From a virus: DNA of 44,119 nt. Shown one piece after another: positions 30,939 to 41,549 of the stretch (position 1 is the stretch's first letter; every line of letters begins with the position of its first letter). The DNA lies in IMG/VR virus record IMGVR_UViG_3300045988_175650, positions 1 through 44,119 of that record. One strand, 5' to 3'. Under the pieces are notes generated by a model. It saw nothing but the letters and a program-made list of their open reading frames with translations. It ran no database searches and was not told the DNA's origin. The position numbers were made by a program, and so were the translations under genes.

Positions 30939-31838
30939 ATGACGAACACTATTCAAACCGTAGAATTCCACGGACAAACCCTTATCACCATCTCTCACGA
31001 CGGCAAGCACTATGTCGCCATGCGCCCCATTTGCGAGAATATCGGCTTGAACTGGCGCGGACAAAATGAACGCATTGTCCGCCATGAAGTGCTAAATGCA
31101 GTTGCGCGTGTCATGCGCTCAACTGGCAATGATGGCAAAGAATACAGCATGTTGTGCCTGCCGCTGGAATACCTGAACGGATGGCTGTTCGGGGTGGACG
31201 TTACCCGCCTGAAGAACCCGGGAGCGCGCACTGCCCTCATCCGCTACCAGCGCGAATGCTTCAAAGTGCTGTACGACTACTGGCACAACGGCAAGGCAGA
31301 AAACCCCCGCCGCACCACCCCGGATGAACGTGCCGGACTGCGCCAGGCGGTAACGATGCTCACCACCAAACGCGGGCTGATGCACGATGAAGCCTACCGC
31401 CTCATTCACCAGCGTTTCAACGTCTCCCACATTGAAGAAATCCCGGCGGAACAGTTGCCGCAGGCGATTGAGTACATCCACCGTCTGGCGCTGGAAGGTG
31501 AACTCTTGCCGCCACCGGAAGACAAGGATGCCGACTATATCCGCAGTCATCAAGTGGCGGCAATCGGCCTGATGCACGTCGGGCGGCTGCGCTTTGAGGA
31601 GCAGAAAAAAGCACTCTTGCGCCTGCGCGACCTCACGGCACAGGCGCATGAAAGGCTGAAAGCGACGCTTGCCGAAACCCGCGCCACCCTCGACCTGACC
31701 AACGACATTTTGTACGGCAGCGGTGCGATTTGGGACGGACTACATGAATCTCTGTTCCATTTGATGTTGCCCGACGAAGTGATGGACGAAGGCAGAAGCC
31801 GCGCGCAAAAGCACTACAAGCCGCGTATCTTGGCATAA
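30939..31838 (+). CDS. Antirepressor, P22 Ant N-terminal-domain type (299 aa)
   Basis: TVEFHGQTLITISHDGKHYVAMRPICENIGLNWRGQNERI... matches the P22_AR_N pattern. RBS AGGTGA before the ATG at 30939. The 393-aa track version extends through the non-coding leader. Confidence 0.7.
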   Translation: MTNTIQTVEFHGQTLITISHDGKHYVAMRPICENIGLNWRGQNERIVRHEVLNAVARVMRSTGNDGKEYSMLCLPLEYLNGWLFGVDVTRLKNPGARTALIRYQRECFKVLYDYWHNGKAENPRRTTPDERAGLRQAVTMLTTKRGLMHDEAYRLIHQRFNVSHIEEIPAEQLPQAIEYIHRLALEGELLPPPEDKDADYIRSHQVAAIGLMHVGRLRFEEQKKALLRLRDLTAQAHERLKATLAETRATLDLTNDILYGSGAIWDGLHESLFHLMLPDEVMDEGRSRAQKHYKPRILA

Positions 31839-31852
31839 CCGAATTTTTAAGC

Positions 31853-31878
31853 AGCCCCCGACCTCGGGGGCTTTTTTA
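31853..31878 (+). terminator. Rho-independent terminator after ant, immediately before the tape measure RBS
   Basis: AGCCCCCG-acct-CGGGGGCT followed by TTTTTT. Confidence 0.75.
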
Positions 31879-31889
31879 TTGGAGAAAAC

Positions 31890-34800
31890 ATGGCCACTGA
31901 ACTGAACGTTGCCCTACAAATTGACGCACGGGCGAACATTGATGCGCTGCAAAAGACTATCGACGAACTCAAGGCGGCGGGAAGCAACACCGAAGACCTT
32001 GAGCGCCAGTTGCAGGCACTCACCGCTGAGCTGAACCGGTTGGGACAGGAGGCACAGGCAAACGGGCTGGAGTCGGTCAGCGAAGATGCGCAAAAACTGC
32101 GTGACCAGCTCAATGCCACCAGCGCCGAGGCGGAGAAGCTGCGCAAAATCACCGAAGCCAAAATCACGCTTGGGCTTGCAGGGGATGAGGAAGTTAAAAA
32201 ACGCATCGAGAAAGTTGCAGCCGCCTATCAGCTGTTGCAGGAGCAGGGCGATCTAACGCAGGAAGAACTGACGCGGGCGGCAGAACTCTACAGCGAACAG
32301 CTTGCCGACCTTGAGCGCCAACTGGGCAGCGTCAGCCATGAACTATCCGCTTTGGAAGGTGCGCGCGTTACCATCGGACTTGATGCTGACAACCGCGCGC
32401 GCCAGGAAATCACCCAACTCGACCACGCCCTGGAGCAGCTGCGCGCCAGCGGAACACTGACAGAAGAAGAACTTGCGCGTGCCACACAACTGCATGCCGA
32501 GCGCGTTGGTGAACTGCGCGAACAACTGGGAGAGGTGGGCGAGACCGCCGAAGAATCGGCGGAACGATTCAGCGACATGGCGCAAGGCCTTGCCGAAGTC
32601 GTAGCTGCTGGTGGCGGTCTTGCCGGAGTTGTAGCCGAAGCTGTGCAGTTTGAAGCGGCGATGGCGAGCGTTAAAAAAGCCGTGGACGCCACGCCGGAGG
32701 CGATGGCGCACCTCTCCTCACAGGTGAAAGAGCTGGCGATTGAGCTCGGCATGGTGCCGGAGGCGGTGGCTGAGATTACTGCCGCAGGCGGTCGTTTGGG
32801 CGTCGCCTTTGAAGACCTGCCGGAATTTACGCGGCTGGCCGGGCAAATGGCGGTGGCGTTTGACATGACGGCGGAGGCGGCAGGCGACAGCGCGGCAAAA
32901 CTCGCCAACGTCTTCCAAATCCCGCTCAGCGAAGTGCGCGCGCTGGGTGATGCCATCAATACCCTCGGCAACAACACCGCCGCGCGCGAAGGCGAAATCG
33001 TCGAAGCGCTGACCCGCATCGGCGGTAGCGCTCGCCAGTTCGGGCTTGCCACCGAACAAACGGCTGCGCTGACTGCCTCATTCATCGCGCTGGGCAAAAG
33101 CCCGGAAACCGCCGCAACCGCCATCAACTCACTACTCAACCGTCTGCAAACCGGCGGGCAGGGTGTGAGTGGATTTGCCGAGGGGTTGGACGACCTCGGC
33201 CTCTCGGCTAACCGCTTGGCCGACAACATCCGCGCCAACCCGCAGGCGGCATTGCGCGAGTTTTTGGGTAGCCTTGAAAAACTCGACAACCAGCAGCGCG
33301 CCATCACCCTGACCAAACTTTTCGGCGCGGAATATGCGGATGATATCTCGCTCATGGTCGGCGCACTCGCCGAGTATGACCGTCAACTCGGCCTTGTTGG
33401 CGACAAGACCAGGACGGCGGGCGCGATGCAAAGCGAGTTTGCCGCGCAAATGGACACCACCGAGAAAAAACTGGAGCAGGCACAGATCGCCATTGGCAAC
33501 CTAGCGAAAGAGCTGGGCAGCCAGCTGTTGCCGGTGGTTGCCAGCGGCGCACAGGGCTTTGCCGGTATGGCCGGGTCGGTGCTGGAATTTGCCGCCACCC
33601 ACCCGCAGATTACCCGCTTTGTAACGCTGCTCGCCGCCGCCAAGGCTGCCTCCGTCGCCTACTCCGGCGCGCTGCGCGTCCTCGGCGTGGAGGGAACGAC
33701 CGCCACCGGTGCGCTCACCGCAGGCTACACCCGCGTTACCACCGCACTCGCCGCCTACCGCGCGCAGATTGCCGCCGCCAGCGCTGCATCCGCCGGGATG
33801 AGCGTGGCGATGCGGGCGCAGGCAGTGGCCGCCGCCGCCACCGGTACCGCGCTGCGTGGCGCGGTCGGCGCGATGAGCGCGCTGGTACGCGCCAACCCGC
33901 TTGCCACCGTCATCACCGCTGGCGCCGCCGCCTTTGCGCTGATGAGCGGCAAAGTGGACGAGACCACGGCGCGCATCCGCGACATGGAGCAGGCGGTCAA
34001 GGACGCCGACAAACAATACCGCGAGCTCAAAACCGCCGCTGCTGGCGGCATCCCGCTGGACGTGGGCAAGGCCGAACAATCGCTCGCCGCCGTCTCGGAC
34101 GCTGCCGACAAAAGCCGCGATGCCCTGCTGCAAATCCAGCAACAAGGAAAAGGGGCATGGGGCGATCTGGGCGAATCCGTCAAAGACGTGTTGCCGCTTG
34201 TTGATAGTCAGAGCGAAAAACTTGCCAAAGTTACCGCCGAGCTGGAGCGGCAGACGGCGCGCGAGCGCGAACTAAAAGACGCCATCGCAAAGCGCCGTGC
34301 TGAAATCGAATCCGACAAAGCGATAGAAGAACTCAACAAGCAGAATAAGGCGGCACAGGATGCAGCCAACCAGATTGGTGCCGCCGTCCGTACCACACTG
34401 GACAGTCTTGCCAAACTCAGCCAAGGGGCGGCACGACTCACCCGTGAGCAAGTTGATGCGGTCGGTGAATCGCTAAAAACCCTGACCTCTCCCGCCGCCT
34501 TTAGCGAAGCGGAAACGTACATCCATCAGCTGCGCGACCAATTCAAAATCACGCACGAGGAGGAGGCGTCGCTGTTGGCCGGTGTCGCCAAGCAAGCACA
34601 AGAATTGGGCATTATTACCACACAGGCCGCTGATGGTACTCAATCCGCGGTCAAGCGCACGCGCGACGAAGTAGCGGCTTTGGCCGATGCCTACAAGGCA
34701 CTGGGTGCTGACGTGCCTGCCGCCTATCGGCAGATGAGTGGCGGCGAAAAAGAGGTTACCGACGCGCTGAAAAAAATCACCACACAGACACAAGTATCTG

Positions 34801-36557
34801 CCACAGAAATGCAGGGACTGTTGCAAAACGCCTTTGCGAAAATCGATACCAGCGAGGGTGTGGCGGCAGTACAGCAAATCTATCAAGAGTGGCGCAAAAC
34901 CGCGAAGCTGACTGAAGACAAAGCTCTGGCGATGAACCAGACTATCGCGCAAGGTGTTGCCGGAGTAGGAACCGGACTCAATGCCGCGTTAAAAACACTC
35001 AATCTCTCAGCGCAAGAATACGCCAGCGGCATCAGCGACAAGGCAGGCAAGGCGATAGAGGCCTTTGCGGTGGTCGCCAAAGACGCCGGAGAAGACACCG
35101 ACAAACTGGCACGGGCGTGGGCGGCGATGAGCGGTGCGGCCAACAGCAGCGCGCAAGAAGTGAGGGCGGCAGAAGCGGCCTTGCGGCAAAGCGTCGGCGG
35201 CGACGCAGCCAAGGCGGACGCTATCAAAAAAATCGCCGACGCCTACAAAGACACCGGCGATGCCGCCGCCAAAGCCCTCGCCGCACTCAACATCAGCAGC
35301 GCCGACCTCGCCCGTGGCCTCTCCACCGGCGTCTCCGAAATGCTTGCCAACTGGCAGACCGGCATGGCCAGCTTGAAAACGAACGGCGAGCTGACGGCGC
35401 AGGCGGTGCAGACCGCCTTTACAAGCAGCCTGTCGAAGCTGTCAAGCGCAGCGGATTTCAAAGCGCTGCACGACGAGATGCAGCGCACCGGCACACTCTC
35501 CCGCCTCACAGCCGAGCAAATGCAAATCTTGCGCGCCGGGATGCAGGGCGGGGCGGAGGCGGCAAATGCGATGCGTAGCGCCTTGGAGCAGCATGGGCAG
35601 GCGACGCAGGCGCTCGCCGACGCCTCCGGCAAAGTCAAAGAAGCGAAAGAAGCCGAAACACAGGCGGTGCGTGATAACGCTGTGGCGCACAAAGACGCGT
35701 CCGAGGCCGAAGCCGCCGGGGCAGAAAAAAGCGCCGAAGCCACCGAGAAAAAGAAAAAGGCGATGATGACCATCTACGACGCCAGCAAGCTCAATGCCGA
35801 GGCCATCGGGTTGGTCGATGACGCCATCAACAGCATGGTGACGAGCATGGGGCATATGGACGCCGACGACTACCTGCGCAAGGTTGAGGCGATGTCGCGT
35901 GTTGGCCAGCAGTATGTCGCCGACGTGCAGCGCGCCGAGGAGGCGACCGAGCGCCTCAACCAGCGCACCAGCGACGGCACCGTCTCCATGCACGATATCG
36001 CAGAGGCAACGCACGCCGCCAGCTCCAACATCGCCGCGCTGGACAGTACCACCTTGCGCAACCTCAACGCCAGCATCGACGCGGCGCGCAAGAAACTCGA
36101 AGACCTGCAACAGCAGGCCAAAGACACCGCCGCCGATCTTGATGCCGAACTGGCGCAGCTCAAGGGCGACGACACGAAAACCGCGAAGCTGGAGCAGCAG
36201 CGCAAGCTGCGCGAGCTGGAGGGCAAACTGCAAGAGGCGCGAATCCGTGGCAACGCCGAAGAAATCGCCCAGTACGAGCGTGCCCTCGAACTCCAGCGGC
36301 AAATCGGCGCCGAGAAGGCGCGGCAGGCGGCGGACAAGAAAGCCGAGGCGGCAGCGCGCGCGCAGGAATCGCGCAGCCGCGGTAACGCCACACCGCGCAG
36401 CACGACGGCCAGCAGCGCCACCAGTCACGGCGCAGGCGACATCAGCCCGCAGCAGGTGGTGGACGTTTGGGACGACCGCATTGCCGCCGCCGAGAGACGC
36501 GGCGCACAGAATTTTGCCAACGAACTCTACAACGCCGCCAAACGGAGCCCGCGATGA
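31890..36557 (+). CDS. Tail tape measure protein (1555 aa)
   Basis: Very long Ala/Glu/Gln-rich coiled-coil ORF with central hydrophobic segments, located between the tail tube and distal tail genes. Confidence 0.85.
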   Translation: MATELNVALQIDARANIDALQKTIDELKAAGSNTEDLERQLQALTAELNRLGQEAQANGLESVSEDAQKLRDQLNATSAEAEKLRKITEAKITLGLAGDEEVKKRIEKVAAAYQLLQEQGDLTQEELTRAAELYSEQLADLERQLGSVSHELSALEGARVTIGLDADNRARQEITQLDHALEQLRASGTLTEEELARATQLHAERVGELREQLGEVGETAEESAERFSDMAQGLAEVVAAGGGLAGVVAEAVQFEAAMASVKKAVDATPEAMAHLSSQVKELAIELGMVPEAVAEITAAGGRLGVAFEDLPEFTRLAGQMAVAFDMTAEAAGDSAAKLANVFQIPLSEVRALGDAINTLGNNTAAREGEIVEALTRIGGSARQFGLATEQTAALTASFIALGKSPETAATAINSLLNRLQTGGQGVSGFAEGLDDLGLSANRLADNIRANPQAALREFLGSLEKLDNQQRAITLTKLFGAEYADDISLMVGALAEYDRQLGLVGDKTRTAGAMQSEFAAQMDTTEKKLEQAQIAIGNLAKELGSQLLPVVASGAQGFAGMAGSVLEFAATHPQITRFVTLLAAAKAASVAYSGALRVLGVEGTTATGALTAGYTRVTTALAAYRAQIAAASAASAGMSVAMRAQAVAAAATGTALRGAVGAMSALVRANPLATVITAGAAAFALMSGKVDETTARIRDMEQAVKDADKQYRELKTAAAGGIPLDVGKAEQSLAAVSDAADKSRDALLQIQQQGKGAWGDLGESVKDVLPLVDSQSEKLAKVTAELERQTARERELKDAIAKRRAEIESDKAIEELNKQNKAAQDAANQIGAAVRTTLDSLAKLSQGAARLTREQVDAVGESLKTLTSPAAFSEAETYIHQLRDQFKITHEEEASLLAGVAKQAQELGIITTQAADGTQSAVKRTRDEVAALADAYKALGADVPAAYRQMSGGEKEVTDALKKITTQTQVSATEMQGLLQNAFAKIDTSEGVAAVQQIYQEWRKTAKLTEDKALAMNQTIAQGVAGVGTGLNAALKTLNLSAQEYASGISDKAGKAIEAFAVVAKDAGEDTDKLARAWAAMSGAANSSAQEVRAAEAALRQSVGGDAAKADAIKKIADAYKDTGDAAAKALAALNISSADLARGLSTGVSEMLANWQTGMASLKTNGELTAQAVQTAFTSSLSKLSSAADFKALHDEMQRTGTLSRLTAEQMQILRAGMQGGAEAANAMRSALEQHGQATQALADASGKVKEAKEAETQAVRDNAVAHKDASEAEAAGAEKSAEATEKKKKAMMTIYDASKLNAEAIGLVDDAINSMVTSMGHMDADDYLRKVEAMSRVGQQYVADVQRAEEATERLNQRTSDGTVSMHDIAEATHAASSNIAALDSTTLRNLNASIDAARKKLEDLQQQAKDTAADLDAELAQLKGDDTKTAKLEQQRKLRELEGKLQEARIRGNAEEIAQYERALELQRQIGAEKARQAADKKAEAAARAQESRSRGNATPRSTTASSATSHGAGDISPQQVVDVWDDRIAAAERRGAQNFANELYNAAKRSPR

Positions 36558-36955
36558 CACCTTGGACACTCACCCGCAAAGACAACAACGCCACCCTCGA
36601 ACTGCCGGCCGACATGCGCTGGCGTGACGAGTTTGACTGGCAAGCGCTGGCGCAGTCGTCCGTGCAATACAGCCTCGGCGGCAGCGCCATCATCCAGCAG
36701 GGCACGATGCTCGCCGGGCGTCCGGTGACGCTCGCGGGCGAGTGGATATGGCTTGACCGCGCGACGCTCACCACCCTTGCCGCCTGGGCAGACGTGCCGG
36801 AGCTGGAAATGACCCTCGCCCACCCCGACGGGCGGCAGCTCAACGTCTGCTTTGCCCGCCCGGCGTTATCCGATTGCGCGCCGGTCGCCTACCGCGCCCC
36901 CGAAGACGGCACGGCGCAGTACGAGGCACCGACTATCCACCTGATGACCATCTAA
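36554..36955 (+). CDS. Minor/distal tail protein (133 aa)
   Basis: ATGA overlap with the tape measure stop. Assigned by position only. Confidence 0.5.
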   Translation: MTPWTLTRKDNNATLELPADMRWRDEFDWQALAQSSVQYSLGGSAIIQQGTMLAGRPVTLAGEWIWLDRATLTTLAAWADVPELEMTLAHPDGRQLNVCFARPALSDCAPVAYRAPEDGTAQYEAPTIHLMTI

Positions 36956-36974
36956 TGCAACCCGGTAACAAATC

Positions 36975-39900
36975 ATGACCCAACGCAAAACCCTCCTCAC
37001 CCGCCAAGACCTCAAAATCTACGCCACCGAGCGCCTGACCGATGCCCCCGACGGCGGCGGCCTGATGACCGCGCAAGAGCTCACCGGGGCGCCGGGCGAG
37101 CTGATGCCGACACCATCGGACGTTGACCGCACCCAGGGAAGATTTAACGCGCGCTCGGTACACGCGGGCGTGCGCCGCCCGGATGCCACCCCGCTCTGGG
37201 GCGCGCACGTCATCATCAGCAAGCCGCCCAAGGCCGCGAACGTGTCGTATCTCCTCTACCGTGGCGTCAAGTACGGCGAGTCGCGCGCCGACATCGTCAA
37301 GCGCATCGCCGCCTATGCGGTGGCCACCATCGAGTCGCGCATGACGCTGCTCTCGGTGCAGTCGCTGGGCTCGCGCATCATCCAGGCCTATCAGCGTCCC
37401 GGCGAGCCGCTGCCGCTCATCGGCGACGTCTATTGCCTGCGGCAGGACAAGCGCGGCTACCCGCAGCAGGAGCAGTACATCAAGGTTATCCGCGTCAGCA
37501 GCGAGGACAGGACGTTTACCGACGCGACGACCGGCAAGGATTTTATCCGCACCGTGGTCAAGATGGAGATATCCACCGCACTCACCGCCGATTTTATCGG
37601 CGTGGATTACCCGTCCATCTCCTACGCCGACCCGGTGTGCAAGCTGCGCGAGACCCACATTGCCGACGGCGCGCAGTATTACGGCGTCAAGCCGCTGGCG
37701 GAGGCCATCCGCAAGGGCGTCATGACACTCAAAGTCCCAAGTCTAATGGAAAAACTCGTCCCCACCTCGCAGGTGGAGACCTCGCACACCGACCTCACCG
37801 CCGCCGGACAACAGCAGCTCATCTTTGACGCCGCCAAAGGCGAGAGCAGCCTCACCGCCGCCGGTGCGCTCAACGGCAACAGCATCCTCTACGCGGGCAA
37901 CGCCATCACCCCCGGCAGCGTGCGCCTCGTCGTCGGTGCCATCGAGATCCGCGACCGCGGCGGCGATCTGGTTATCAATGACCGCGCCGTCGGCACCGTC
38001 GATTACGCCCACGGTGAGCTGCGCTTTGCCGAGACGGTATCCAGCGGCGGCTGGTGGACGCTGTATTTTCGGGCGGCGGCAGAATTTTTGCAGGTGGCGG
38101 ATACGGCATCCATCCCGGTTACGGTCAACAACCGCGGCTACAACTACAGCATGACTATCATCCCGTCGCCCGCCCCCGGCAGTCTGGTCGTCTCCTACCG
38201 TGCGCAGGGGCGCTGGTACGATCTGCGCGATGATGGTTCAGGCGCCCTGCGCGGCGGCAGCGCCGGACACGGCAGCGGCACGCTCAACTACCGCAGCGGC
38301 ACGGTCAGCATTACCTGCGGCGAGCAGCCGGATGTGGCGAGCGAGGTCATGTTTGCCTGGGGCTCGCAGGCGACGGTGCATAACCGCGCCGACAGCACGC
38401 CAACGGCGACGATGCTCATCCAGCTGGAGGCAGGCGTCGCACCCAACAGCGTCAAGCTCAGCTGGACGGACAACGGCGCCGCCAAGAGCGCGCAGGACGA
38501 CGGCGCGGGCAATATCACTGGCGCCTGGACGGGCACGGTCGATTACCGCACGGGGGCGATAACGCTCTCCAGCTACCCCGGCGGCGAGCAGCGCCTTGAC
38601 GTCAAGGTGGACTACTCGGTCGGCCAGCCGCAGCAGGCCGAGTGGAAGGCGCCAAGCCGAGACGGTAGCGGCTACGTCAACCTCACCCTCGGTCAGACAC
38701 AAATCAAACCGCGCTCGGTCGAGCTGGTGTACAACGTCCTCATCGAGGACTACGACCGCAAGGTACAGCAGGGCGAGGCGTACACGCGCCAGGTTGACCC
38801 CTACGTGACCGTGCGCGACGACGGCGCGGGCAATCTTAAGGACGCGGTCGGAGTCAGCCACGGCAGCATCAACTACGCTACCGGCGTCATCAAGCTCAAG
38901 CCGGACGGCATCGTCAAAATCCCCAAACCCATCTACCGCAAGGAACCGATGGGCGAGGAGATTGTCTCCACGCAGGGGACGACGCAGACGGTCAAACCGC
39001 TCTACCGCCTCATCCTTGAGGGCTATGAGTACGTCCCTGCGCTGGCGTCCGCGCCGATAGACGACAGTTTCAAGGTGGCCGTCACCTACCGCGGACAACA
39101 AACCGAGGACGCACGGACAAAACAGGCAACCTCCGGCGTGCTGCGCATTGACCTGCTGCCGACACTCGCTGAGCAAATCGTCCCCGGCAGCGTGCGTTTT
39201 GCCATCGGCGGCGAGGTGTACTTTGACCGCCGCGGCGAGCTCTACTGGCGGCTGGACAGCAGCACTGGCGCCGCCAGCCGTGTCGGCAGCATCGACTACC
39301 AGAGCGGCATTGCCACCGTCGAGCAGGCGCCCGCCGGTACCCTCACCCTGCAAGCGCTGGCGGGAACCGTATCGGCCAACCCGGTCGATGCTGCGGTGTG
39401 GCGCATCCCCTCCGCGCCGGTCAGCCCCGGCTCCGTGCAGATTACCGCCACCCCGCTCACCGGCGGGCAAATCAACGTGCGCGCCGACGCCGGAGGCAAC
39501 ATCAGCGGCAATGGCATCGAGGGCAGCGTTGACTACGAGAGCGGCGTGGTGCGGCTGCGCTTTGGCAAGCTGGTTGCGGCAGCGGGCAACGAGTCGGCCT
39601 ACTGGTACAACCCGGATGCGGTCGATGCCCAGGGCAAAATCTGGCAACCGCTGCCGGTCTATGCCGACAGCATCCGTTACAACGCCGTCTCCTACACCTA
39701 CCTGCCGCTGGATACCGGCACCATCGGCATCGACCCGGTGCGCCTGCCGTCGGATGGCCGTGTGCCCATCTACCGGCGCGGCGACATGATTGTCATCGGC
39801 CACCGCCTCACGGAGGACATCGGCAGCGCGCATACCGCCGGACAGACGGTACAACTCTCGCGCGGCGATCTGGACAGCATCTGCCTGCACGACGCCAAGG

Positions 39901-40601
39901 GTGTACCCATCGAGGCCAAGTGGTACGACTACGACCTTGTGCGCGGCACCATCACCTGGGCAACCCCGCTCGACCTCTCCGCCTACACCCTCCCCATCAC
40001 TGCCGGGCACGCGCGCGAGGAGGAGAACCGCCTCATCGCGGTGGACATCGACGGCACCCTGACCCTGCAATTTGCCACCGGCCGCGACTACCCGGCGGAT
40101 GAGACCTACATCTCCTCCGCCCTCATTGGCGGCGACCTGCAAGTCAGGGCGACGGCACCCTTCGGCCAAAAATCCTGGACGCGGGTGTGGTCGGACGAGC
40201 GCATCGGCGACGACATCAGCGCGCGCCTCAACGTCAAGGACTACCCCATCCAGCTTGCCGACGACGGCGCGACCACCGACCGCTGGGCGATTGTCTGGCG
40301 CGACGGCACCCAGTTTGACCTCTACTCGGAGGCACTCGGCCTCGTCACTCGTACCGATGCCCTGCAAGACCTCGCACCCATCAACCCCGCCAGCGGCAAA
40401 CCCTACTTTACTTTGCCCAAGGGCGCGTTCGGCATCGCGGGCGGCGCGTCGGGCTGGCAGGCGGGCGAGGTGGTCAGATTTAACACCTTTGGCACCCACC
40501 TCGGCGTGTGGGTGTTGCGTGCCATCCAGCCCTCAGCGCAACGCCAGACCGAGGACGACGGTTTTACGATGTGCCTACGCGGCAATACCACCGAGATTTA
40601 A
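36975..40601 (+). CDS. Large distal tail / host-recognition protein (1208 aa) with six repeated G-[ST]-[VIL]-[DN]-Y-x-[STH]-G modules
   Basis: Largest post-tape-measure ORF. Repeats: GTVDYAHGEL, GTLNYRSGTV, GTVDYRTGAI, GSINYATGVI, GSIDYQSGIA, GSVDYESGVV. Confidence 0.6.
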   Translation: MTQRKTLLTRQDLKIYATERLTDAPDGGGLMTAQELTGAPGELMPTPSDVDRTQGRFNARSVHAGVRRPDATPLWGAHVIISKPPKAANVSYLLYRGVKYGESRADIVKRIAAYAVATIESRMTLLSVQSLGSRIIQAYQRPGEPLPLIGDVYCLRQDKRGYPQQEQYIKVIRVSSEDRTFTDATTGKDFIRTVVKMEISTALTADFIGVDYPSISYADPVCKLRETHIADGAQYYGVKPLAEAIRKGVMTLKVPSLMEKLVPTSQVETSHTDLTAAGQQQLIFDAAKGESSLTAAGALNGNSILYAGNAITPGSVRLVVGAIEIRDRGGDLVINDRAVGTVDYAHGELRFAETVSSGGWWTLYFRAAAEFLQVADTASIPVTVNNRGYNYSMTIIPSPAPGSLVVSYRAQGRWYDLRDDGSGALRGGSAGHGSGTLNYRSGTVSITCGEQPDVASEVMFAWGSQATVHNRADSTPTATMLIQLEAGVAPNSVKLSWTDNGAAKSAQDDGAGNITGAWTGTVDYRTGAITLSSYPGGEQRLDVKVDYSVGQPQQAEWKAPSRDGSGYVNLTLGQTQIKPRSVELVYNVLIEDYDRKVQQGEAYTRQVDPYVTVRDDGAGNLKDAVGVSHGSINYATGVIKLKPDGIVKIPKPIYRKEPMGEEIVSTQGTTQTVKPLYRLILEGYEYVPALASAPIDDSFKVAVTYRGQQTEDARTKQATSGVLRIDLLPTLAEQIVPGSVRFAIGGEVYFDRRGELYWRLDSSTGAASRVGSIDYQSGIATVEQAPAGTLTLQALAGTVSANPVDAAVWRIPSAPVSPGSVQITATPLTGGQINVRADAGGNISGNGIEGSVDYESGVVRLRFGKLVAAAGNESAYWYNPDAVDAQGKIWQPLPVYADSIRYNAVSYTYLPLDTGTIGIDPVRLPSDGRVPIYRRGDMIVIGHRLTEDIGSAHTAGQTVQLSRGDLDSICLHDAKGVPIEAKWYDYDLVRGTITWATPLDLSAYTLPITAGHAREEENRLIAVDIDGTLTLQFATGRDYPADETYISSALIGGDLQVRATAPFGQKSWTRVWSDERIGDDISARLNVKDYPIQLADDGATTDRWAIVWRDGTQFDLYSEALGLVTRTDALQDLAPINPASGKPYFTLPKGAFGIAGGASGWQAGEVVRFNTFGTHLGVWVLRAIQPSAQRQTEDDGFTMCLRGNTTEI

Positions 40602-40610
40602 GGAGATTTT

Positions 40611-41549
40611 ATGAGCTTTTTGAACCCCACCCCAGTCCCGGTGCGCCTCTACAGTCACACCGACTCCGAAGCACCACAACTGCCCGCCAATGACTGGACA
40701 GGCGCCCTCAAGACCATCCTCAAGGCCTGTCTGGTTACCGGCTACGGCGGCAAGCCGGGCGCGGGCTGGACGCTGCGCGAGGAGAGCGACAACAAGGCCA
40801 TCTTCCGGGCGGGCGACCCGGCGACCTCGCCGGTAGAGCTGGAGGTAGATAGCGGCAACATCACCATTACCACGTTTGACCTGCACTGGCAGGGCGTCAA
40901 GCAGGGCATCGTCTCCAACTGGGCAATGGGACAACTTAACCGCTACACCGGCGTCGCCGGTTGGTATCTGGTGGCGAGCGCCCGCGGCTTTGTCTTGTTG
41001 CCATTGGCGCGTATCGGCAACAGCCCCCTTGTCGCCGGACTGGCGTATTTTGGTCAGCCGTGCAGCAACCTCATTGACCCCGGTCAGCAGGATTTTCTGT
41101 TGTGGTGCGCCAAGAGTAACAACACCAACTACCTCTCTGATGTCCCGTCCGCGCTCTACAACGGCAACAACGTCGCCTGGACATCCGGCAGTCTGCGTCT
41201 CACGGGCAAGATTGGCGACGGGCGCAACGCCTCGGTGCGCAGTGCGGCAGCATCTAGGGGCGCCTTGCGCCTGCCAGCCAACAATGACTTTGGCGCCATC
41301 CTCTACAGCGAGATATACCTGCACCGCGCTGCCAGCTACGGCAGCAACAACTATGCGGTCAGCGGCCGCTTGCCGGGGCTGCTCGTTGCCTCACACCGTA
41401 CCGTCAGCGACCAGACAGGGGACATCGTGCAGGTGGCGGGCAGCCCGCACCGCTGGCTGTTGACGCAACAGGACATCCAAATCAACAACAGTGCCGATGG
41501 GACGCCCGGTCTGGCTGTCCTGGTCAATATCGACGAGTGGGTGTACTGA
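40611..41549 (+). CDS. Tail protein (312 aa), function unknown
   Basis: RBS AAGGAG. It sits in the tail-tip cluster. Confidence 0.55.
   Translation: MSFLNPTPVPVRLYSHTDSEAPQLPANDWTGALKTILKACLVTGYGGKPGAGWTLREESDNKAIFRAGDPATSPVELEVDSGNITITTFDLHWQGVKQGIVSNWAMGQLNRYTGVAGWYLVASARGFVLLPLARIGNSPLVAGLAYFGQPCSNLIDPGQQDFLLWCAKSNNTNYLSDVPSALYNGNNVAWTSGSLRLTGKIGDGRNASVRSAAASRGALRLPANNDFGAILYSEIYLHRAASYGSNNYAVSGRLPGLLVASHRTVSDQTGDIVQVAGSPHRWLLTQQDIQINNSADGTPGLAVLVNIDEWVY

Noticed and set aside
32288-36569. Several long minus-strand ORFs (355 aa at 32288-33355, 375 aa at 35442-36569, and others) inside the tape measure gene
   Set aside because: These are antisense shadow ORFs of a GC-rich gene. Their Ser/Ala/Arg-rich low-complexity translations look non-coding, and the plus-strand 1555-aa frame is continuous and fits the context.
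38238-40499. 753-aa ORF on the minus strand
   Set aside because: It lies antisense to the 1208-aa tail gene in very GC-rich DNA. Its Arg/Ala/Gly-rich composition is typical of shadow ORFs, it has no RBS or operon context, and it would interrupt a co-directional late operon.
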